A DNA stretch of 58,074 nt from a virus (Duplodnaviria > Caudoviricetes), in IMG/VR virus record IMGVR_UViG_3300011337_000184, positions 1 through 58,074 of that record, one strand, 5' to 3'. Shown piece by piece: positions 37,684 through 46,311 of this stretch (its first letter is position 1; each line of letters begins with the position of its first letter). A program made the translations under genes and the position numbers. The notes beneath the pieces were generated by a model. It did no database searches, was not told the DNA's origin, and saw only the letters and a list, made by a program, of their open reading frames with translations.

Positions 37684-39525
37684 TTATTTCTTGAGGTCTT
37701 TATTCATCTTTTCGCCGTAAGCTGCAACCTTCTCAAGGCGTGCCTTACCGCCTCCAGAGCCGCCAGTGATCGGATATACCACCTTGCCACCAGCCTTGCG
37801 GCCCATCATGGGTGGTGGCATTGGCGCGCCACCAGCGGGTGGCATAGGACCAGCGCCAGCAGCGCCAGACATGGCAGACATCAAACCTGGTGGCAGCGAC
37901 ATGTGCGCGGGTGGTGGCGCAGATGGCATTGGCGCAGGCATCGGTGGCATCGGCGGACGCATCATTGGAGGAGCGCTCATGGGTGGCATACCAGCGGGTG
38001 GCACGGGCATAGCGCCAGGCTTCTCGGCGTTGTGCGGGAAGATGTTAATGCTGATGTTGCTCTTGCCAACCTTGCCGCCAGTGGCGCGTGCCGTGCGGCC
38101 ACCGTCCATAATAGCGCCGCCACAAGCTTTGCACATGCAGTCCTTGTGGTGCATTGCCTTGCCGCCGTCTTTTTTCTCGGCAGTTTTGGCCGAATCTTTG
38201 AACGCATCAGCAGTTGGCGCACCCTTAGAACCGACTTTGCGCATCTTTTCCTTGGAGCCGTTTTCGATGCGCTCACGCTTGGCGTTGATGTTGGCATACA
38301 GACCGCCGCCATCTTTCTTGCCCATCGCAGCGCCACCGCAAGCTTTGCACATGCAATCCTTGTGGTGCATGGCTTTGCCGCCGCGATTGCGATCATTATC
38401 TTCATTTTTTTCTTGAGATGCTTTTGCAATATCGCGCAGATTGGCACCTTTACCTGAAACACCTAACCAATCCAAGTAATCAGGTGTTACTTCACGATTG
38501 TCCAATGCCTTTTGAAGCTGCTTTGGAGACATTGACTTGTATTTCTCGTAATTTCCAACAGGAGCCTTTGGTAGAATACCATCTTCATCATCCTTTTGAC
38601 GCTTGCTGCGCGCTGCCTTGTAAACTTCAGCACTAGTAAGACCCATGCTGCCGCCGCCCATCTTTGCGGTGCGACCGCCGTCCTTCATTTTGCCAACACC
38701 GTCAGCGGCAAAGAAAGGAACCTTCTTGCCGTCTTTTTCAACCATCTTCATCTTTCCGCCAGCAGCGTAACCCATGCTGCCGCCGCTCATCTTTTTGGAT
38801 GGCATGTCGTGCTTCTTGTCGGCGTCAGAGGCTTCCCATTCTTTCATGGTCATGCCGTGCTTCTTGGCCAGCTTCTTGTCTTCCATCATGTCCTTGGCGG
38901 AACCTTCAAACTTTTCAGCCTTGCCGCCGCGCTTGCGGCCCAAGGTTCTCAGGTCGTACTGATCTCTTTCCGCTGCTCGGTTTGCGCGTTCCAGGGCTTC
39001 CATAGCTTTAGCTTCATCCGCCGCTGCCATAATTTCTTTCATTCTTGCAGGAGATGGGCGAGGCATGGGCCGTGGGGACGATTTCATGCCACCTGCTGGC
39101 AGCATGCCCATCTCGTCCATCATTTCAGGAGTTGGACGGGGCATGGGACGTGGGGATGATGTCATTGGAGGCGTTCCGCCCTCTGCGTGGGCTGTGCGAC
39201 CGCCATTTTTCATACCGCCGATGTGCTTCTTGCCTTCGCGCTCTTCGTTGGCATCCTTGACGTTGCGGTTGACCAATGCATTTGCATACTCTGTCTTGCC
39301 GCCAGACTTGCGTGGCGTGCGGCCAGCGTGGGTCATGGCCTCAGCGCCAGCAACCTTGCCGCCGACCTTAAATGCGCGGCGCGAGATCGGGCGCATACCC
39401 GTCTTCACGTCTGCGTCCATAGGCTCGGCTTGTGTCCAAGTCGATGCGTCAACTTTTTCCGAAGTGGCTCCAGAGAGGCGCTTGGCCTTCTCCTTCATTG
39501 CCTCGCGTAGGCTTTTAGCGTCCAT
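37684..39525 (-). CDS. Low-complexity Met/Lys/Gly/Pro-rich protein with ~15 xxxGG motifs
   Basis: FKVGG, RKSGG, MKNGG, HAEGG, RKRGG, KMSGG, YAAGG, MKDGG, KMGGG, RNRGG, KKDGG x2, IMDGG, RATGG, RKAGG. Confidence 0.75.
   Translation of the reverse strand: MDAKSLREAMKEKAKRLSGATSEKVDASTWTQAEPMDADVKTGMRPISRRAFKVGGKVAGAEAMTHAGRTPRKSGGKTEYANALVNRNVKDANEEREGKKHIGGMKNGGRTAHAEGGTPPMTSSPRPMPRPTPEMMDEMGMLPAGGMKSSPRPMPRPSPARMKEIMAAADEAKAMEALERANRAAERDQYDLRTLGRKRGGKAEKFEGSAKDMMEDKKLAKKHGMTMKEWEASDADKKHDMPSKKMSGGSMGYAAGGKMKMVEKDGKKVPFFAADGVGKMKDGGRTAKMGGGSMGLTSAEVYKAARSKRQKDDEDGILPKAPVGNYEKYKSMSPKQLQKALDNREVTPDYLDWLGVSGKGANLRDIAKASQEKNEDNDRNRGGKAMHHKDCMCKACGGAAMGKKDGGGLYANINAKRERIENGSKEKMRKVGSKGAPTADAFKDSAKTAEKKDGGKAMHHKDCMCKACGGAIMDGGRTARATGGKVGKSNISINIFPHNAEKPGAMPVPPAGMPPMSAPPMMRPPMPPMPAPMPSAPPPAHMSLPPGLMSAMSGAAGAGPMPPAGGAPMPPPMMGRKAGGKVVYPITGGSGGGKARLEKVAAYGEKMNKDLKK
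38112..38382 (-). repeat. Duplicated GGKAMHHKDCMCKACGGA peptide (~55 bp x2)
   Basis: Near-identical DNA at ~38112-38166 and ~38328-38382. Confidence 0.9.
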
Positions 39526-39542
39526 TTTACAATCCTCTGAGG

Positions 39543-41156
39543 TTACACGGCGTCCCGTTTGTGCTTTGCATTGTATACCGAAGTCAGGGACAATGCACGA
39601 TCAATGTTGCCGCTTATTGATTGCGGCGAAATTGGGCTGGAAGTTCCATTTCCTGCTCGACCGTAAGATGCTCTGGAGGTTTCCCGTGAAACTCCAGGTC
39701 CAGAAATGCTTCTCTGGTTAATGGCACCCCCGTTCGCCGCATGAGGCTGACTAGCGCCTCCTGTAAACCACGTTGGGGGGCGGATGCCGCCTGCTTTTTT
39801 GACAACTTGATTTCTGGCTTCATCTTGACTGATCTCCCCTTTGCGGTATCTGGCCCAAACATCATCAATGTCCTTTGCGTTTTTTGCTGTTTTGAAAGTA
39901 TCAGGAAACAAACCTCTGATGGCTTCCCATGTGATAGACTGCATCTCACGAGGGTGAATGCCTCGTGCTTTTGCGGCACGCCTATAGGCTTCGGCGTATA
40001 TAGGATATGTACCCTGAACACCAGAAATAGAGGAGCCACCAACGCCAGGAATACCCTTTCCTGGCGATGAACCGAAATTGTGCGACACTTCCACAGAAGT
40101 ACCAGACAGGGGGCGCATAAGAGCGGCTGCCACGGCGTGGGTGTCAATGGTGACATCACCCTTGGAAGAGTTTGGGTGCAGGATGTTGTTGTAAAAATTG
40201 CGAACTTTGTGTTTGTCACCCATAAGTTCTGACAGTTTTTGCGGATCGTGCGAATTATCTAATGCCTGAACCGCCTTGGCAATCTCGGTCAGTGAACCCC
40301 AGCCTGCGCCTGCATTTTTCCCAGATTTTGTTTTTACAAAATCACCAAAAGTTCCTTCTGGATTGACAATTTTATGTTCTCTTGAATTATACGTTTCGTC
40401 GTGAAGCCTGACCCACATAGCCTTAGCAATGGCTCTTTCGTCATCTGGAATGTTTTCACGATCCAGATCACCTAAAGACTTGCCTCTGATCATGTTGTGG
40501 ATGCCAGCGTACTCAGGCTTATTAAGAGATTTTGTTCCCTGAAGCTTGCTTTCCATTTCAGGGCTAAACGTAAAGCCATGGTAGAAGTTATCCCCCATAC
40601 CTCTCATGGTATGAATGACGCGGTGCGCCAAAGATACGTTTTGATACCAGTCTTTCTGTGGCGACATGGCGGCAAGCACGCCAGCTACCGCATGGTCTGG
40701 AACGTTGTAATCTTTTGACCACTTGTCGGTGATTGCCCTTGCGCCATCGTACCATTTCTTGCCGCGACTGCGGATTTCTGGCGGGACAGCATCATGCAGG
40801 GCCAAGAGGTTTTGTGTGGCATGGTCAATGAAATGTTCAGCAAGATCATTATTGCTTGCATTCTTAGCAACATCAGCGCGAACATTTGGATATCCACGAA
40901 CAATGCCGATTTGCTTGTTAAACAAATCTGGTGTTGATTTAAGGGCGTTAAGATCAACAGTATTTGCCGTGGTGTTTGTGTCCAAAAGTTTCTTTGATGT
41001 GATCAGTCTTTGCGGAATAAGCGCAGGATGATCAGGACCAAAAGCTGGTGTACCTGATCGAAATGGACCAAGGTACGGCTCCAAGTTTTGAGAGATAACT
41101 GGGTTTGCCTGCGCTGGTGATGTCAGGCTTAACGCCTTATTTACAATATCCGCCAT
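39543..41156 (-). CDS. HhH-GPD/glycosylase-like protein (DUF7178-like)
   Basis: KWYD...AGVLAAMSPQKDW..N...KVRNFYNNI...VTIDTH...Y.EAYRRAA...PREMQSITW. Confidence 0.55.
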   Translation of the reverse strand: MADIVNKALSLTSPAQANPVISQNLEPYLGPFRSGTPAFGPDHPALIPQRLITSKKLLDTNTTANTVDLNALKSTPDLFNKQIGIVRGYPNVRADVAKNASNNDLAEHFIDHATQNLLALHDAVPPEIRSRGKKWYDGARAITDKWSKDYNVPDHAVAGVLAAMSPQKDWYQNVSLAHRVIHTMRGMGDNFYHGFTFSPEMESKLQGTKSLNKPEYAGIHNMIRGKSLGDLDRENIPDDERAIAKAMWVRLHDETYNSREHKIVNPEGTFGDFVKTKSGKNAGAGWGSLTEIAKAVQALDNSHDPQKLSELMGDKHKVRNFYNNILHPNSSKGDVTIDTHAVAAALMRPLSGTSVEVSHNFGSSPGKGIPGVGGSSISGVQGTYPIYAEAYRRAAKARGIHPREMQSITWEAIRGLFPDTFKTAKNAKDIDDVWARYRKGEISQDEARNQVVKKAGGIRPPTWFTGGASQPHAANGGAINQRSISGPGVSRETSRASYGRAGNGTSSPISPQSISGNIDRALSLTSVYNAKHKRDAV

Positions 41157-41157
41157 G

Positions 41158-44100
41158 TCATTTCCCCTTGGGCTTTAGGGCATCTATAGCAGACTTGCCG
41201 TCCTTGGTAAATCGGCGTGTAAGAGCAAGCGCCGCATCAACTGCGCCGCCCAGCTTTTTACCAAATCTGCTGCGGATTGATGCCATCAGGCTAATCTCTT
41301 CTGGCTTGATAAAGTCTTCGGCACCCTCATGGTGAGACAGGTGAGACAGGACGCCAATCTTTTGGGGGGCGAAGATGGTGTCTTCGGTGCGGGCTTTGCG
41401 GTTATGTTCACCATGGGGGCCATAATTCAGCCAGCTATTCTGACCGCGTGTCTCAGAGGTCATGGCCATGCGTGCAAGCGGCGAAAACATGGCCGCGTGT
41501 GCGCGCCATGCGTTTTCCTCGCCATCTGCACGAAATCCAAGGCCCTCTTTTGCGTGACCGTAATAATCGTGAATTGCGCGAAATACATCATTCACCGTAA
41601 CGGGAATGCCGTTCCACTTCTCGCCAGTAAGCTGCAGCAGTGGGTTCTTTTTTGCATCATCCTCGCTGATTGGTTCGCCGCTTCCATACCCAGAGTAGGT
41701 TGGAAATACCCACATGTGGTGGTTGTTGCGAATATCTTCAGTGGCAAGGCGGGGTGACGCTTTGTATGGGTCTTCCTGTTTTCTTGGGTTCCAAAACTCA
41801 ATATTTAGTCCCGATTTTTTTGCGGCGCGGTATTGATCCATCGTCTCCTTGATCATCGCATCATACGATGCCTTGGTCAGGGGATCATTGGGATTGTCTT
41901 CCATGGCTGTGTAATCCGACGCAATGCGCGCCGCCCGCTTGGGATCAACCTTAGCGTATTTTGTTGGGGGGCTGTACGGCAACCCAGACTGCGCCATGTA
42001 GTCACGCGCAACCTGCCGAATGCGTGGGTCTGCGCTTGCTCGAATAATCTGCCCCGTCAAAGGAATGACTATTTTTTGGGGTAGACCTTCAAGAGGTGCT
42101 TCGTTCTGTGTTTGAAGAACGCCAGCGCCTCCTCGTATTCCTCCTGCGTTGGGAAGTTCTCCCGCTTGGGGGCGTGTTGCGTTATCATTGGGGGCAATTT
42201 CTGTTCCGACATTTAGTTCTCCATTTTGATCAGGTGTTCCGCCAGTTCCAAATCCGATGCGTCCGCTCTCGTCGTCGGGTAGCGAGTGATATATTTTACT
42301 GGCATTGTCTATTGTCGGATCAACCCCAGCATTTTGAAAGATGGCTCTCGGCATAGAGGCTGCCAATTTACCATCAGGTCCGACACCTTTGTTGCCATAT
42401 TTTTGAAATTGATTGCGAATACCATTTTGGTCGGCAGCCTCACGAGAAAACTTCAGCATGTCGTCAATTTGTTTGAAATGTCCATCTTTACTGCCAATCA
42501 TTGAAAGATTGGGATTTGGTCCCGCCTTGGCCCGCATATAATCGCGCCAACGGTTCCAAAAGTCATCTTTGGTATTAATTCCAGCTTTACGCATTCTGAG
42601 CATGTGCATGCCGTTTGCAGGTTCTTCCATTTGAACTGCGTCTTCTTTTTGTTGGTCAATTTCGCCGCCGCCGCCCTTTACAATTCTGGGTCTGCCGCCG
42701 ACCTTGTCGTATTTGTGCAGGTTGTTTTCGAACCACTCCAGCGGGACAGTGGTGACTTTTCTGTCCGCGTCTTGTGTTTCAAATTCCAGTGCGGGGTAAT
42801 GATTGTTGAACAGTTTCGTCATGTTTGGGGATGAACTGACGTGTTTTACAGTAAATCCTACAATTTTTTCGGGATCGTAATTGGGCAAACCGTTGTATTT
42901 AAACATGTCGCCTATTTGAAAATTGTCAAACGCGCCACTGGCGTGCGCCATGTCAAATGCCTTTTGTGACTCTGCGTACTTATCGGCCAGATCGGCAAAC
43001 ATATTTTGAGCGCCGTAACTGTGGTCGCCCGACATAATGTCCCGCTTGGTGCGGACTGTTGACAGGTTTGTTACGTTGTTATCCACCTCGCCACCCTCGG
43101 CTTTGTTCATGTGCTTCTCCTTAGGGTCAAACTTGCCGTTGTTCCAGATCGACTTAATCTGCTGCGGCTCCTTCAGTGCCACCACAAGGTTGCCGTTCTG
43201 ACTGGCAGGAACCCACGAGTCATGGCCCTTGGCGCGAAGTGTGTCGAACCAGTCGGACTGCGCCGCCTTGTAATTGTCGCGCAAATACTCCTCTGGCAAC
43301 TCGCCCGTGTAGGGGTTTTCCGCCTTCACATAGGCTGGGATGACGCGGGACGCGGTGTTGGTGGGCGTCAGCTTCCATCCGTCCTGCTTGTATCCTTGGC
43401 TGTCGTTCTGTTCGGCGTACGATGACGCAGCTTCAGGATCGCGCACGAACCACGCGCCGTGACGGCCCACGTTGTGAGAGGTAAAGTCCTTGTCCTTGCT
43501 GGTGCCAGTGTACAGGACATGTGGCTCCCCATTGGTGTGGGTCACGCTGTTGCCAAACCAGTTGCGGAACTCGTCGGTGTCGGTGACGCGGCCACCCTCT
43601 GCCTTTGGCTGCGCTTGCGGCGACAACATATTGACTGAACTGTCCCTGTCGATGGCGGAGAAAACATCTTCTAAGCTGGCGTCTGACGCGCTGTACGGCC
43701 TGCGCCCCAGACGGTATGCGGTTGTTGCGGCAGCCTTAGATGATACCTGACCCATAAGGGCTGGGTGACGCTCCATGGCTTCGGCCTGCAGCATCTGCCC
43801 AATGCCCTTGCCACGGTGTTCCTCTGGGACTTCAAGCCCCAGAACTGAAGCTGGTCCATTGCGGCGCTCTAAGACTTCAATATGACTGCCTGTCTCTGGG
43901 TGAACGTACCGATGGATCATCGCCCCATCGCCAAAAATGCCTGAACCGTCTTTGCTTTGCACTGTAATTGCGCCACCCCCCGCCTTGGTGATGTCGGGGT
44001 CGGTTGGGTCGAAGTTGCCGTTGTTGCCGATGGCGCTCTTTACCTGTTCAGGCTTGAAGGCAACGTACTCTTTTGAACCGTCAGGGCGGTGGGCAATGAT

Positions 44101-46311
44101 GCCGTCAAAGCCAGAGTTGCGGATTGTCTGGTGTATCTTGTGTTGGCCAAACTGGTTGACCATTGTGCCATCTGGCGTATCGCGCAGAAAAAGGTCGCGC
44201 ACGGTCGCTGTACCGTCATCCAGCTTCTGAATAAGTTGTTCACTACTCTCTTTTGCGTTGTTTGAGTTGGTAGGATTCAACCACAAAGCTTTCTTGACCT
44301 CATTCTTAATGTAATCTTTCCATGCTGGATGGCGTAGAACACTGTCAGTAAATGGGTTTTTCATGCTGACGTGCAGCTTGAACACTTGACCGTGCGGCCT
44401 GGCTTCGGCACTTTCACCGCGAATACCTTGGGCAAAGTCGCTGGCAACCTTTGGGCTGTCAGACAGGTAGATGCCAGCGCCGTAGTTACCATATTCAGAC
44501 GGCTTGAATGCGCGGAAATCTTGCGATGCAATATTTCGGTCGGTTGCCTCTTGGTCAATCTCGTCAGTCCAACCCTTACGTTCAATTCTTGGAATACTAC
44601 CATGATACAAAACATCGGGAACCAGAGGGTGGTTTCCTTCTTGAAACGCCGCTTTACCCACAGGGCCACCATCGGCTTTGGTGATGTCTGGGGTGTCTGA
44701 TGCCATGCCAAAAACCCGATCTGGGTGCATGGGGCCATCAACATTTTCAGCGCCGTTCCAGTATCTGACCTCGGCCTTTACCTTTGGGATGCCAAGGGTG
44801 TGGGCCACAGCAACCCGCGTGTTGCCCTCAAGCAGGTATGGCTGGCCATAATGGTTCACGGCCACCACAACCTTATTGCCCTTCTGATCGTGGTCAAAAC
44901 CACCCTTTTGGGCGTCAGATAACAGGTTGTCGTACTTATGAACGCCCGCAGTCCGCGTTTCGTCGTTCATGCCAGCAATGCCCTTCAAAATATGGGTGGG
45001 CAAGAACATGCTTGACCTGCCGCCAATGACTCCAGTGATGGCACCAGCGACAAACTTCCTGTCTGGATATTGGGCAGCCCGTGCCTGCTTTCCTTCAAGC
45101 CATTCACCGCCTGGGTTGTCCTGTGTGAAGTCGCGCTTGCCTTCAACGTTGCCACCGCCTCCCTTCGTAATTGATTGTTGCTGAATGGCAGATGGGTCAG
45201 TAACAATGTAAGAGTGATCTGGAGTGACGAAACTGGTCATCCGACCCTCTTCCATGTCCTTCCATGTCGGACCAGCATCAAAATTGTTCATGTAGCGCAG
45301 GGCTTTAATGTTTGATTTTGACAAAGCTTTGGAAAAAAGAACGTTCTGGGCTTTCATCGTCTCGTCAGGGTGGCTGATCCTATTTTCAATGTCCTGAAGG
45401 CCGTCATAGGTCTTGTTGAATGTGTCAGAATCGATTCTGCCAGTCCCGTGCAGATGGTCTAGGATGTCGTAGAAGTCAAACCTGTTTGATGCCGCAGGGA
45501 TGTCAACAATCTGCTCTGGGCGCGCATTGATCTTGAACGCCTTTGGCGAGACTTTTTCTGCCATGTCTGGCCGACCCATCAGAGATTTTACTGCTGCGTT
45601 ATGCGCCAAGTCTGGGTTTGCAGCAAAGTGAATGCCAACATCGCGGGCGCTCGGACGAAACTGACCGACAATGTTTTCTGGGGATGCGTGATAGGCGGTG
45701 ATGCCATCGGCACCATTCTCGCGGCCACCATCAGCGTGGACGGCGCGAGGTACGTTGGGCATGTATTTGGACGGGGCGATCTGGCCACCAGCGCGGTTCT
45801 TTGCGGTAATGGCGCGGGCAAGTTCCATCGCGCCGCCCGTGGAGTAGCCTTTGACTTTTTCAGTTTCTGGATCATACCCAAACGGCATCATCCTATTAGC
45901 GGCGCTTTTACCCACGCCTGCCGCTCGACCTACGTTGACAGCCTCGCGAACAATATCAGCCCTTTGCCCCATGTCATCGTAATTATTTAGGCGCTTCTTC
46001 CACATTTTAGTGGCATCATCGGAAAGCCCAAGAGGGCTTGGCATCATTTTTCGCCCAATATCGCTTTCAGCTACATCATACAATTTTGACGCAATGCCCA
46101 TACGCCTGAAGTCTGGATGCACCTCAACCCTTGTGGCGTATGGAGCGCGGGAAGAAAGGTTCATCTCCCCAACCCTCTGGCCATTATGCTCGGCAATATA
46201 GGTATCGCCGTACTGTTTATAGATCGACAGAGGCCCATCTTGGTGCAAAAGTTTCTTGTCCATACCCTTGGCCGTCAGCTTTGCCGCACGGATCGCCTTG
46301 TCCTTGTCCAT
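41158..46311 (-). CDS. Large polyvalent protein: 2 GNAT, 3 ADP-ribosyltransferase-like, ParB-like and HDxxGH domains
   Basis: VEVHPDFRRMGIA; LEVPEEHRGKGIG; AYHAS..GIHF; LYHGS..GIYLS..GFDGII..EYVAF.PEQVKS; F..WFG.S..EP.VLYTGT; LLEGNTRV; AIHDYYGH. Confidence 0.75.
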   Translation of the reverse strand: MDKDKAIRAAKLTAKGMDKKLLHQDGPLSIYKQYGDTYIAEHNGQRVGEMNLSSRAPYATRVEVHPDFRRMGIASKLYDVAESDIGRKMMPSPLGLSDDATKMWKKRLNNYDDMGQRADIVREAVNVGRAAGVGKSAANRMMPFGYDPETEKVKGYSTGGAMELARAITAKNRAGGQIAPSKYMPNVPRAVHADGGRENGADGITAYHASPENIVGQFRPSARDVGIHFAANPDLAHNAAVKSLMGRPDMAEKVSPKAFKINARPEQIVDIPAASNRFDFYDILDHLHGTGRIDSDTFNKTYDGLQDIENRISHPDETMKAQNVLFSKALSKSNIKALRYMNNFDAGPTWKDMEEGRMTSFVTPDHSYIVTDPSAIQQQSITKGGGGNVEGKRDFTQDNPGGEWLEGKQARAAQYPDRKFVAGAITGVIGGRSSMFLPTHILKGIAGMNDETRTAGVHKYDNLLSDAQKGGFDHDQKGNKVVVAVNHYGQPYLLEGNTRVAVAHTLGIPKVKAEVRYWNGAENVDGPMHPDRVFGMASDTPDITKADGGPVGKAAFQEGNHPLVPDVLYHGSIPRIERKGWTDEIDQEATDRNIASQDFRAFKPSEYGNYGAGIYLSDSPKVASDFAQGIRGESAEARPHGQVFKLHVSMKNPFTDSVLRHPAWKDYIKNEVKKALWLNPTNSNNAKESSEQLIQKLDDGTATVRDLFLRDTPDGTMVNQFGQHKIHQTIRNSGFDGIIAHRPDGSKEYVAFKPEQVKSAIGNNGNFDPTDPDITKAGGGAITVQSKDGSGIFGDGAMIHRYVHPETGSHIEVLERRNGPASVLGLEVPEEHRGKGIGQMLQAEAMERHPALMGQVSSKAAATTAYRLGRRPYSASDASLEDVFSAIDRDSSVNMLSPQAQPKAEGGRVTDTDEFRNWFGNSVTHTNGEPHVLYTGTSKDKDFTSHNVGRHGAWFVRDPEAASSYAEQNDSQGYKQDGWKLTPTNTASRVIPAYVKAENPYTGELPEEYLRDNYKAAQSDWFDTLRAKGHDSWVPASQNGNLVVALKEPQQIKSIWNNGKFDPKEKHMNKAEGGEVDNNVTNLSTVRTKRDIMSGDHSYGAQNMFADLADKYAESQKAFDMAHASGAFDNFQIGDMFKYNGLPNYDPEKIVGFTVKHVSSSPNMTKLFNNHYPALEFETQDADRKVTTVPLEWFENNLHKYDKVGGRPRIVKGGGGEIDQQKEDAVQMEEPANGMHMLRMRKAGINTKDDFWNRWRDYMRAKAGPNPNLSMIGSKDGHFKQIDDMLKFSREAADQNGIRNQFQKYGNKGVGPDGKLAASMPRAIFQNAGVDPTIDNASKIYHSLPDDESGRIGFGTGGTPDQNGELNVGTEIAPNDNATRPQAGELPNAGGIRGGAGVLQTQNEAPLEGLPQKIVIPLTGQIIRASADPRIRQVARDYMAQSGLPYSPPTKYAKVDPKRAARIASDYTAMEDNPNDPLTKASYDAMIKETMDQYRAAKKSGLNIEFWNPRKQEDPYKASPRLATEDIRNNHHMWVFPTYSGYGSGEPISEDDAKKNPLLQLTGEKWNGIPVTVNDVFRAIHDYYGHAKEGLGFRADGEENAWRAHAAMFSPLARMAMTSETRGQNSWLNYGPHGEHNRKARTEDTIFAPQKIGVLSHLSHHEGAEDFIKPEEISLMASIRSRFGKKLGGAVDAALALTRRFTKDGKSAIDALKPKGK

